A stretch of DNA of 64,000 bases from an uncultured Acidimicrobiales bacterium (lineage in GTDB: Bacteria; Actinomycetota; Acidimicrobiia; Acidimicrobiales; DATKAS01), in NCBI GenBank assembly GCA_963708175.1, contig CAVPSD010000006.1:640538-704537 (forward strand), in the 5' to 3' direction. Shown here in pieces: positions 50,309 through 59,561 of this stretch. Each line of letters starts with the position of its first letter. Within the stretch, counting starts at the first letter, position 1. The notes beneath the pieces are model-generated. The model saw only the letters and a program-made list of their open reading frames with translations, was not told where the DNA came from and did not search any database. A program made the translations under genes and the position numbers.

Positions 50309-50943
50309 TCGAGGTAGGTCTCCCACAGGTCGATGTACAGCGTGCCCGGTTCGGCATCGGCGCCCCAGAGATCGTGCATTGCGAAGGCAACGGTGTAGAG
50401 CGCCTCGGGCTCACCCTCGCCCATGGTGTGCGGCAGCGGCCACCCGCCGTGCATGGCGACGACCGTGCCGGTGACGCCGCGGACATAGCGCGGGCACCGG
50501 TGATGGTGCGCGGGAGCCATCCTCCGGACGGTCACGCGCTGACCGCTCGCGAACCGCGGGCTGACGCTCGCGACGGGGTCGTCGCGTGGGGAGGTCAGCG
50601 CGCGCACGAGCCCCGCGGCACGATCAGGGTTGGCGGTGGGCGCGACCTCGACGGGCCGTTCGATGCGGTCGTCGATGTCGGCGACCGCGAGAGTGCCCGC
50701 CGCGACGAGACCTCGCTCGAGCGAGAACGCCCAACGCTCGAAGTAGCTCGCCGCGAGGTACGCCGCCGGCGGCATCGCCTCGATGTTCGGGCGCACCCCT
50801 CCGGCCCGGAGCCCGGCGGTGTTCATCATGAGGGCGAACGTGCGACCCTCCCACCGCTCGCGGAACACCGGTTCGTCGTCCTCGAGGAGGGCAGCGACCG
50901 ACCCGAACCCGTGCATCCCACCCATGTCGTGGGCTCCATCCAC
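50305..50943 (-). CDS. nthB: nitrile hydratase beta subunit
   Basis: ORF 50305..51117 trimmed to GTG 50943 ([14 protein letters not shown], the canonical beta N-terminus). ATGA overlap with alpha. Confidence 0.85.
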   Translation of the reverse strand: MDGAHDMGGMHGFGSVAALLEDDEPVFRERWEGRTFALMMNTAGLRAGGVRPNIEAMPPAAYLAASYFERWAFSLERGLVAAGTLAVADIDDRIERPVEVAPTANPDRAAGLVRALTSPRDDPVASVSPRFASGQRVTVRRMAPAHHHRCPRYVRGVTGTVVAMHGGWPLPHTMGEGEPEALYTVAFAMHDLWGADAEPGTLYIDLWETYLE

Positions 50944-51004
50944 ATTGGTCACCCTACGCGAGCCCGGTAGGCTGAACGACGGTTCAGGATCCGCCGGAGG
51001 TGAC

Positions 51005-52637
51005 ATGGCCACGATCGCCGAACAGCTCGGCGAGATCGGGTTGCCGGAACCGATCAGTGCGCTCGCCGCACGGGAGTGGGACGCAGTGGTCGTCGGCGGC
51101 GGCCACAACGGACTCACGTGCGCGGCCTACCTCGCCCGAGGCCGGCAAGCGCGTGCTGGTGCTCGAGCGGCGCGAGCGGCTCGGCGGCGCGTGCACGCTC
51201 GAGCGACCGTTCCCCGACAGCCGCTACGTCGTCAGCCCGTGCGCGTACGTCGTCGGCCTGCTCGACCAGGTCGTGATCGACGAGCTCGACCTCGCGCCGC
51301 CGCGGGCTCGAGGTCTTCGTGGCCGATCCGAACCTCTGGGCGCCGTTCCCCGACGGCGACGTCGTTCGCGCAGTGGAACGACGACGCGAAGACGCAGGCG
51401 AGCCTCGACGCGCTCGGCCTCTCGCGCGCACGACATCGAGGGCTACTGGGCCTACGAGCAGGTCTTCGACGAGATGCGCCAGCGCCTGCGCACCCGCGGC
51501 CGCGACAGCCTGGATCGGCGAGTCGCCCACGCGCGACGAGCTCGAGGCGATGCTCGGCCACGACCAGTGGATGATCGACATCCTGTTCGACGCGTCGATC
51601 GCCGAGGTGCTCGACCACTACATCGACGATCAGCGCCTGAAGGACGCGCTGTACGGCCAGGGCGTGATCGGCGCGTACGCCGGCCCGCGCGACTGGGGCA
51701 CGGCGTCGGTCAAGCTGATGCACTACCAGGGCGACCTCGGCGGGCAGGGCCCGGTGTGGGGCTACGTCAAGGGCGGGATGGGGGTGATCAGCTTCGCCAT
51801 CGCCGAGGCCGCGGTGGAGGCCGGCGCGGTGCTGGCCTGCGGCGTCGAGGTGGCCGAGATCGTCCCGGGCGAGGGCGTCCGCCTGGAGGGCGGCGAGCTG
51901 ATCCGAGCGTCGCACCGTCGTCTGCAACGCCGACCCGAAGCGGGCGCTGACGATGCTCGGCGCTCCGGGACGCGGTGCCGGCCGCGTACCGGTCGCCGCC
52001 TCGAGGACGTGGCAGGTCCGCAGCCCGGTCGTGAAGTTCAACGCCGCGCTCACCCGCCTGCCGACCGTTCCCGGCCGCCGACGGCGCGACGTGGCCGTAT
52101 CACGTCGATGATCTCGGTGACCCACGGGCTCGACGCCGCGCAAGCAGGCGTTCGAGGACTGCCGGCCGGCCGCGCCAACGTCGGCTACGGCGAGGTGTAC
52201 TTCCAGACCGGCTACGACCCGACGCCCGCGCCCGAAGGGCCGGCACCTGATGAGCGTGTTCGGGCAGTACGCGCCGTACACGCTGCCGACGGCTCGACGT
52301 GGGACGACACGCGCGACGGCGTCGCGCGGCAGTTCGTCGACCTGATCGGCGACGTTCGCGCCCGACATCGAGGACTGCATCGAGCACTGCGAGGTGCTCG
52401 GCCGCCCCGGACATCGAGGCGCGCGTCGGGCTCACCGGCGGGCACATCTTCCAGGGCGAGACGATGCCCGACCAGATGTGGGAGCACCGCCTCACGGCGC
52501 GCACGCCGATCCCCGGCTTCTACTTCTGCGGCGCCGCGACCCATCCCGCCGGCTCGGTCATCGCGCTCAACGGCCGCAATGCGGCCATGGCCCTGCTCGT
52601 GGACGACCTACCAAAGGGAGTCGGCGAGCGCGCGTAG
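51005..52637 (+). pseudogene. CrtI/phytoene-desaturase-like FAD-dependent oxidoreductase, multiply frameshifted (copy 2)
   Basis: WDAVVVGGGHNGLTCAAYLA at the N-terminus. Later conserved blocks (DQWMIDILFDASIAEVLDHYIDDQRLKDALYGQGVIGAYAGP.., ..TGGHIFQGETMPDQMW..FYFCGAATHPAGSVIALNGRNAA) lie in different frames. Confidence 0.7.
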
Positions 52638-53693
52638 CAGGAGCTGGTGCACGTGAGCCACGCCCTTCTCGTGCTCGGGCGACAGCCTCCCCCGCGGGTC
52701 GAGGCCGCCGTCGTAGCTGCGCTGGACCCGCTCGCAGATGTCGAGGTCCTGCTCGCCGACCGCGAGCGCGGCTTCGTGATCGGCCTTGCGGCGGGCGTCA
52801 CCGACCTCGGACGTCCAGTAGCGGTGGTAGTCGACGCGTGACGTGCGCGGGCCGAGCGGCGTGACGATCAGCGCGTGGAAGTAGCTCGGGAAGACGCTCA
52901 CCATCAGGTTTGGGAAGATGGTGAAGTAGAGGCCGGACATGAAGGGCTCGTCCGCGTGCGATGCCGCGACTTCCTCCCATCCGGGCTTGATGCGGTCGGC
53001 CGCGAGCACGACCATGCCCTCCACTTCGATCGGATAGTCCCAGCCCGTGCCCCCGAGCTGCGGATGGATGAACGGCGTGTGGAAGTTCTCGGAGTAGTTC
53101 TCGACGAGCAGCTTCCAGTTGAACGAGCGCACGACGTGCTCGGTGAGGCCGGGCTCCATCGTCTCGACGGCGCACGGATCGATCGCGTCGGCGAGGGGCC
53201 CGAGGTCGAGCGGCGGCGCTTCGAGGTCTGGGTTGACGAACAGGAAGCGCGACCACGTGGCGACCTGCACGGGGAAGAGCGAGGAGTCGGCGAGGTCGAA
53301 GCCTGGGGCGCCGGTCATCCCACGTGCCTTCGAGAGGCGTCCGTCGAGCTGATAGATCCACGCGTGGTACGGGCACTGCAGCACTCGCACCTGACCCGTG
53401 CCCTCCGCGACCGGCGAGCCCCGATGGCGGCACACGTTGAGGAAGCCGTGCAACGTGCCCTTCGCGTCCCTCGTCACGAGCACAGGGATCTCGCCGCCGA
53501 CGAGAGCGGTGGTGAACGAGCCCGGTGCGGCAACCGAGTCGGTGGTGCCGACACACGACCACCCGTGCCGGAACACCGCGTCGACCTCGGTGTGGTGATG
53601 ATCGGTGTCGCCGTACCAGCGCACCGGAAGTGTGGTCGCGCGGAGCAGGGGAACGCCGAGCCGCAACCGCACCTCGTCTCGCAACGATCCCAC
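52608..53693 (-). CDS. Rieske [2Fe-2S] oxygenase alpha subunit (choline-monooxygenase-like C-domain), intact (copy 2)
   Basis: 361 aa, GTG start. CRHRG...CPYHAW Rieske motif. NWKLLVENYSENFHTPFIHP mononuclear-iron region. The 3' end overlaps the convergent oxidoreductase by 30 nt. Confidence 0.8.
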   Translation of the reverse strand: MGSLRDEVRLRLGVPLLRATTLPVRWYGDTDHHHTEVDAVFRHGWSCVGTTDSVAAPGSFTTALVGGEIPVLVTRDAKGTLHGFLNVCRHRGSPVAEGTGQVRVLQCPYHAWIYQLDGRLSKARGMTGAPGFDLADSSLFPVQVATWSRFLFVNPDLEAPPLDLGPLADAIDPCAVETMEPGLTEHVVRSFNWKLLVENYSENFHTPFIHPQLGGTGWDYPIEVEGMVVLAADRIKPGWEEVAASHADEPFMSGLYFTIFPNLMVSVFPSYFHALIVTPLGPRTSRVDYHRYWTSEVGDARRKADHEAALAVGEQDLDICERVQRSYDGGLDPRGRLSPEHEKGVAHVHQLLLRALADSLW

Positions 53694-53705
53694 GGCTCCA
53701 GCCTC

Positions 53706-55143
53706 TCAGGCGTAGGAGGGGTGCGCGCGGGCCGAATGCCGATCGTCGAGCGCGGACACCGCCTCGGCGAAGCGCTCGACGTTGGCGACGAAGCGCCGAG
53801 CGTCGCTGTCGGTGTGCTGCACCGACAGGGTCCACTGCTCGCTCTTGCCCCAGGGCGGAAGGAAGACGCCGCCGTTGTGCTGGAAGAGCCAGTGGCAGTG
53901 GGAGAGCTCGGTGTCGACAGCAAGGAACTCGCGGTAGTGGCGCACCGGGGTCGGGTGGAACACGAGACACCCCTTCGCCCCGAACCGATGCCCGTACGCG
54001 GACACGCCGTTCTCGGCGCACGCGGTGAGGGCTCCTTGCATCATCTGCGCGCCCAGCTCGTCGATGCGCGCGTACGCCGTTGGGGTGAGCACCTCGGTGA
54101 GCGTGGCGCGAGCCGCAGCCATCGTGAGCGGGTTTCCGTTGAACGTGCCGACCTGGTCGTAGCGGCCGTCTGCGATCGCCGACATGACCGCTTCGGTGCC
54201 ACCGATCGCACCGCAGGGCAGGCCACCCGCGAGCGCCTTCGCGAGGCAGACGATGTCCGGGGTGACCCCGGAGATACCGGTGACGCCGGCGGGACCCGTG
54301 GTCAGGCCGGTCTTCACCTCGTCGAACGCGAGGAGGACGCCGTGCTTGCGGGTCAGCGCGCGGACCCCCTCCAAGTAGCCGGGCAGCGGCGGGATGATCC
54401 CCGCGTTCATCATCATCGGCTCGATGATCACGCCTGCGATCTGACCGTCGAGCTCGGTGAGGACCCGCTCGAGCACCGCGAGGTCGTTGAAGGGAACGAC
54501 AGTGGCGAGGTCAATCATCGCCTGGGGGATGCCGCTGCCCGCGGCGACGCTCGCGGGTCGCTCGTACGGACCGACCTCGTCGAAGCCGTGGAACATCGAC
54601 ACCATCACCGCGTCGTGATGACCGTGGTAGCTGCCTTCGATCTTCACGATGCGATCGCGGCCCGTGATCGCGCGCATGAGATGGATCGCGTCCATCGTTG
54701 CCTCAGTGCCGCTGTTCCCGAAGCGCCAGAGGGGAAGGCCGAACCGTTGCGCGAGGTTCTCGGCGACGACGACCGCGTCGTCGGTCGGCTGCGCGAAGTG
54801 CGACCCGAGCGCGATCCGCCGCTGCACCGCCTCCGACGATCGCCGGATGGGCGTGGCCGACGAGCATCACGCCGTAGCCGCCATGCAGGTCGACGTACTC
54901 CGTGCCGTCGACGTCCCAGATCCTGGAGCCGTGGCCGTGGCTGACCCACACCGTGCCTGGCCTGCTGATCATCCAGCTCGAAGTCGCCCCACCCGCGAGC
55001 ACCCCTTTCGCTCGCGCGGTGCGGGCGGCGGACGCCGGTTGACGGGCGATGAAGACCCGCTCTTCCCGCTCGATCAGGTCATCGAGCGACATCTCCGAAA
55101 GCTGTGACTCCGAAACCCTCGCGGCATCAGCGAGGAGTGCCAT
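53706..55143 (-). pseudogene. class-III aminotransferase (glutamate-1-semialdehyde aminomutase-like), frameshifted (extra base near 54833)
   Basis: The N-terminal 103 aa (MALLADAARV..GYGVMLVGHAHPAIV) are in one frame. EAVQRRIALGSHFAQPT...FDEVKTG...CLAKALAGG (PLP-Lys) is in ORF 53706..54827. The junction is atc gtc G gag gcg. Confidence 0.75.
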
Positions 55144-55164
55144 GGGAACCAACCCCTGTCGCCT

Positions 55165-55201
55165 GACTGACTCATCAGTCGAGACTGACTGATTGGTCAG
55201 T
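55165..55201. promoter_or_regulatory. two operator-like palindromes sharing GACTGACT half-sites in a divergent promoter region
   Basis: GACTGA-ctca-TCAGTC (55165..55180) and ACTGAC-tgattg-GTCAGT (55184..55201). GACTGACT occurs at 55165 and 55183. The segment is locally AT-richer, between the divergent aminotransferase and M15 genes. Confidence 0.45.
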
Positions 55202-55229
55202 ATAAACACAGGCGGGCGCGCCCGGGAAG

Positions 55230-55247
55230 CCCCCCCCCCCCCCCCCC
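55230..55247. repeat. C18 homopolymer tract
   Basis: 18 consecutive C residues (counted by hand from the numbered lines), 25 nt upstream of the M15 peptidase GTG start at 55273. Confidence 0.9.
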
Positions 55248-55272
55248 ACACGCGCGCCCGTACGCTTCCCAG

Positions 55273-56039
55273 GTGGCTCGCCGGCTCAAGCTCGCGGGGG
55301 CTGCGCTCGCGGCGCTGCTTCTCGCCGGTTGCGTGCACCCCCGCCCGGACTGGTTGGGCACGCGGCCGCTCCCGCTTCGGCCGGACGGGCTCGGTGAGAT
55401 CCAGCCGACCCCGCCCGAGCTGGTCGACCGCCAGCTCGTGTCGATCGACTACCTGCCGCCTCCGGCGTCCGACACGTTCGAGTCGTCGATCGAGATGGTG
55501 CCCGCGGAGGTGGTCGCTCGATCCACGTACACGCGGGCGTGCCCGGTCGCGCTCGAGGACCTCCGCTACGTGAAGGTGTCGTTCTTCGGGTTCGACCGGA
55601 AGTTCCACACCGGTGAGCTGCTGATCCACGAAGTCGCGGCCGCACCGATCGTCGAGGTGTTCCGCAAGCTGCACGCGGCTCGCTTTCCCATCGAGGAGAT
55701 GCGAATCCCCGATCCCGCACTGGCGAACGCCGCGCCCACGGGCGATGGCAACGACACGGTCGCGTTCGCGTGCCGTCCGGTCGTGACGTCGACGCAGACG
55801 TGGTCGCAGCACGCGTTCGGCTTGGCGATCGACATCAACCCGTTCCAGAACCCGTACGTGAAGGGCGACATCGTGATCCCCGAGCTGGCGTCGTCCTATC
55901 TCGCCGCGGCAGCGTTCGTCCGGGGATGATCGAGCCGAATGACGTCGTGGTGAAGGCGTTCACGTCGATCGGCTGGAAGTGGGGCGGCAGCTGGAGCTCG
56001 CTGAAGGACTTCCAGCACTTCTCCGCCAACGGCAAGTAA
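55273..56039 (+). pseudogene. M15-family (VanY/LAS-type) D-Ala-D-Ala carboxypeptidase-like lipoprotein, frameshifted (1 base missing near 55900)
   Basis: Lipobox LLLAGC. Zinc motif SQHAFGLAID (H-x6-D) and the distal His in DFQHFS. The C-terminal RRGSVRPGMIEPNDVVVKAFTSIGWKWGGSW..* lies in the -1 frame (ORF 55770..56039). Confidence 0.7.
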
Positions 56040-56104
56040 CGCTTCGCCGATTCTCTTGGTGCTGGCGTGCCGTATCGAGTGAGAAACACCAAGAAATCGA
56101 GCCG

Positions 56105-56549
56105 TCAGCGGCGGCGGATCTTGGTGCGGCGGATGTCGAGGCGCTCGCCGGTGGACTCGTCGACGACGACGGGATGGATCTCGTCGCCGGTCTCACGGTC
56201 GACGAGGCGGACGGGGGGCAGCTCGCCGTCAGGCCAGAGCCAGTCCTCGCCCCATCGCCACATCGCCGCGAGGACATCCCAGAACGCGCGGCCCTTGTCG
56301 GTGAGGCGGTACTCGTAGCGTGGCGGATGCTCCTCGTACGCCACGCGGTCGAGCATCCCTTCGTCGACCAGTCGATCGAGCCGCGCCGCGAGCACCGCGC
56401 GCGGGATGCCGAGGTCCGCGATGAAGTCGTCGAAGCGTTTGCACGCCGGCGAACGCGTCGCGCAGCACGAGCGGCGTCCACCAGTCGCCGATGAGGTCGG
56501 TGGTCCGAGCGATCGGGCACGGCCACTCGTCGAAGCGCGTGCGGCGCAC
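56105..56549 (-). pseudogene. HxlR-family transcriptional regulator, frameshifted (extra base at about 56441)
   Basis: CPIARTTDLIGDWWTPLVLRDAFAGV is in one frame, then KRFDDFIADLGIPRAVLAARLDRLVDEGMLDRVAYEEHPPRYEYRLTDKG in the next (ORF 56105..56395). GTG 56549 lies 2 nt after the upstream stop. Confidence 0.7.
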
Positions 56550-56551
56550 CG

Positions 56552-58812
56552 TCAGGCCACCGCCTCGACCCGAGCCCGCACGTGCTTGTGCCACGGAGTG
56601 CCAGCGAGCCAGTCGCGGTCGTGCCGCGACGTGAGCTCGTTCGGCGCCACGCCGTGCGATCGGCCGTCTGTCGGGCGAGGTGAGCCCGAGGCCGTTCGGC
56701 AGGCTCACGTGGCCGGGCTGCATGCATCGGTGACCTCGACCGGCGCTTCGATCGATACCGCGCCGGGTCATGACGCGCACGCGCCCACCGCTCCTCCACG
56801 CCGACGGTCGCGGCGTCGTCGGGGTTGATGCGCAGCGCGCTGCCGCCGTCCTTCTTCCGCCAGGCGGGGTCGCGGAAGATCGTGTTGGCCGTCGACGATG
56901 CGCCGCTCGCCGGCCGAGAGCACGAACGGGAACTCGGCGTCGGCGAGGCACCTCGTCGGCGAGCGACGAGAGCTCCTCGAGCAGCTCGGGGATCACGAGG
57001 TTGATCTTGCCGTCGGCGTGTATCGAGCCGCTTCCAGGTCTCGTCGTACTCGTCGACTGTGAAGACGACGCCCGACGCGGTTCGCGAGGATCGCGTCGAA
57101 CAGCGCGTCGCCGGCTGGCCATCGAGCCCGCTCGTCGCACCGACTCGGGATAGGTCATGAAGCACGTCTGCGCGAGGCCCCACACCGCAGCCGCGCCTTC
57201 TCGGCCCTCGCCGAGCGTCGGGCCGAGCGTCTCGTAGAGCACGACCGGCGCGAGCCGGCGCGAGGTGCGGCTGCTCGACCATGGCGTCGAGAAAGGCGTC
57301 CGCGTACGCGCCGCGCCCCATTGCGCGCCGCAGCGTGCAGGCCGGCGACGTCGTCGTCGGTGAACGCGCCGAGCGCGCGCACGAGCCGGCGTGGATCTCG
57401 GGCTCCGGCAGCGTGCCGGGCAGCGGCTCGAGGATCGGCGCGCGCAGCTGGAAGACGTTCTCCGGGAACTCGAGCGTGAAGAACGTCGCCTCCCACTTCT
57501 CGTACTGGGACGAGGCCGGCAGGACGTAGTCCGCGCGGCGCGCGGTCTCGGTCAGGGCGACGTCGATCACCACGACGCAGCTCGAGCGCGTCGAAGCGCC
57601 TCGCGCATGCGCTGGCTGTCGGCGAGCGAGTGGACCGGGTTCGTCGCTCTCGACGATCATCGCCCGGAAGCGCTCGGGATGGTCGGTGAGGATCTCGTCG
57701 GGGATCGACGTTGCACGGGATGAGCCCGGTGATGATGCGGTGACCGCCGACCGGGCTGCGCCGTCGCCGCCGCCCTTGCCGCCACCGCCGAGGCCCGCCA
57801 TGCGCGTGTGGATGTTCATCCCGCCCGGCTTCGCGAAGTTGCCGGTGAGCAGGTAGAGCGAGCTTCTCGAGGTAGGAGTTGAGCGTGCTGTGCGGCGCCT
57901 GCTGGATGCCGAGGTCCTCGTAGATCGACGACGCTCGCGGCGCGGGCGATGCGGCGCGCGACCGCCCGCACGTCCTCCTCGGCTCACACCGGCGCGTCGC
58001 GCACGAGTCCGCGATCGGCACCGTCGCGAGATGGGCGCGCAGCTCGTCAGCCGTTGCGCGTGCGTCGGCCAGCGAAGCCGTGGTCGAGCAGGACCTCCTC
58101 GACCAGGACGCGAGCAGCGCGCGCGAGGCAGCAACGCGTCGGTGCCCGGACGCACCTGCAGATGGATAGTCGGCCAGCTCCGCCGTCTCGGTGCGGCGCG
58201 GGTCGATCACGATGAGCGCCCGCTCGGGATCGTTGACGATCGCCTTCAGCACGGTGCGCGCCCGCGGGAACCCGTGCGACTGCCACGGGTTCTTGCCGAC
58301 GAACACGGCGACCTCGGCGTGCTCGTAGTCGCCGGTCGTGTGGCAGCGCGGGCCGCCCGAAGAGCTGACCGTCGACCCAGAACTCGCCCGTCTTCTCCTG
58401 CGCGAGCGCGTTCGAGCGTGTAGATCGAGCCGAGCGCGCTGCGTGTCGCGCGCGCCGTAGGCGCCGCCGAGGTGGTTCCCCTGCCCGCCGCCGCCGTAGT
58501 AGAAGATCGACTCGCCGCCGTGGGCGTCGCGGATCGTCGCCGAGCCGTTCGCGCGACCTCGGCGATCGCGGTGTCCCAGTCGATCTCCTCGAACGTGCCG
58601 TCGGCGCGCCGCCGCAGCGGCGTCGTCAGGCGGTGCCGGCCGTTCTGGTAGTGGTCGAGCCGCAGCGCCTTCTCGCACGTGTAGCCCTGCGAGGCCGGGT
58701 GGGCCTTGTCGCCGCGCACCCGCGTCGAATGCGCCGGCCGTCGAGGCTGCACCTCGATGCCGCAGTTGACGCTGCAGAGGATGCACGCGGTCTGGTGCCA
58801 GTCGTCGCTCAC
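56552..58812 (-). pseudogene. molybdopterin-dependent oxidoreductase (formate-dehydrogenase/nitrate-reductase superfamily), multiply frameshifted
   Basis: GTG 58812 is preceded by GGAGG 6 nt upstream. N-terminal Fe-S motif CILCSVNCG...RVRGDKAHPASQGYTCEK. Internal blocks (GGESIFYYGGGGQGNHLGG, VAVFVGKNPWQSHGF, VVVIDVALTETARRADYVLPASSQYEKWE) and the C-terminal NELTSRHDRDWLAGTPWHKHVRARVEAVA* are scattered over three frames. Confidence 0.75.
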
Positions 58813-58849
58813 GCGGAACCTCCGTTCGGGGCGAGTTCTGTAGTTGAAC

Positions 58850-59524
58850 TTACTCCCGATCGCGAGGATCGTCCACGAAACCGACCGATTTGTGGCTCCC
58901 GTCGCACAGGGGCTTGCGGTCGGAGGCGCCGCATCGACAGAGGGCAACCCGGTTGCGGCGTTGCAGCTCGCCCTCCTCACCGACGTCCACCGGGATGCCG
59001 CCGGTCACCCACAGCGGGCCGTTCACCATCACGCCGATCTCGGCAAGGAGCCGAGGTTCGTTGTCGGTCGAGCCGCCGTCGATCGAATAGCTGATCGCAC
59101 CCGAGGGGCACCGCTCGACCATCGCGACCAGCATCGAGCGAACGGTCGTGTCGTCGGTCTTGCGAACCATCTTCCAGACGTTCGTGATCGTCGTCCCGCA
59201 GAACCCCGCGTGCACACAGACGTTGCGGTCGTCGAAGAGCGTCACCCCCGTGCCCGGATACTCGGTCGGCTGGCGCTCCCGCCGAGCATCATCGGCTTCG
59301 AAGCCGACCCGCAGATGCGAGCCATCGCAGAACGGCTTGCGCGCCGACTGCCCGCACCGGCAGAGCGCGTAGCGCTCCTTGTGACCGATCTCGGGCCCGA
59401 CTTCCCATGCGATCGGCTCCCCGAGCTCGGTCTCGACCTGGGCCTTGGCGACGACGGGCACGTCGCCGACGACCGCGTACGGCCCGTTCGGCCGCACCGT
59501 GATGCGGGGCTCGACCGGAGACAT
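58850..59524 (-). CDS. CDGSH iron-sulfur domain protein (CDGSH - ferredoxin-like mono-cluster - CDGSH)
   Basis: Two CDGSH motifs (CRCGQSARKPFCDGSH, CRCGASDRKPLCDGSH) flank a C-x-H-x2-C ... CP segment (VCVHAGFCG...ERCPSGAI). Confidence 0.85.
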   Translation of the reverse strand: MSPVEPRITVRPNGPYAVVGDVPVVAKAQVETELGEPIAWEVGPEIGHKERYALCRCGQSARKPFCDGSHLRVGFEADDARRERQPTEYPGTGVTLFDDRNVCVHAGFCGTTITNVWKMVRKTDDTTVRSMLVAMVERCPSGAISYSIDGGSTDNEPRLLAEIGVMVNGPLWVTGGIPVDVGEEGELQRRNRVALCRCGASDRKPLCDGSHKSVGFVDDPRDRE

Positions 59525-59561
59525 CGAGCCCGACCGTACCCCTGTATCCCCGCCGACACGG

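Noticed and set aside
49448-50326. 292-aa ORF that looks like a natural nitrile hydratase alpha-accessory fusion protein.
   Set aside because: The conserved alpha C-terminal motif [12 protein letters not shown] followed by a stop sits in the +1 frame immediately after ..SEDELAD. A GTG overlapping that stop starts the accessory protein. A single inserted base explains the fusion better than a designed one.
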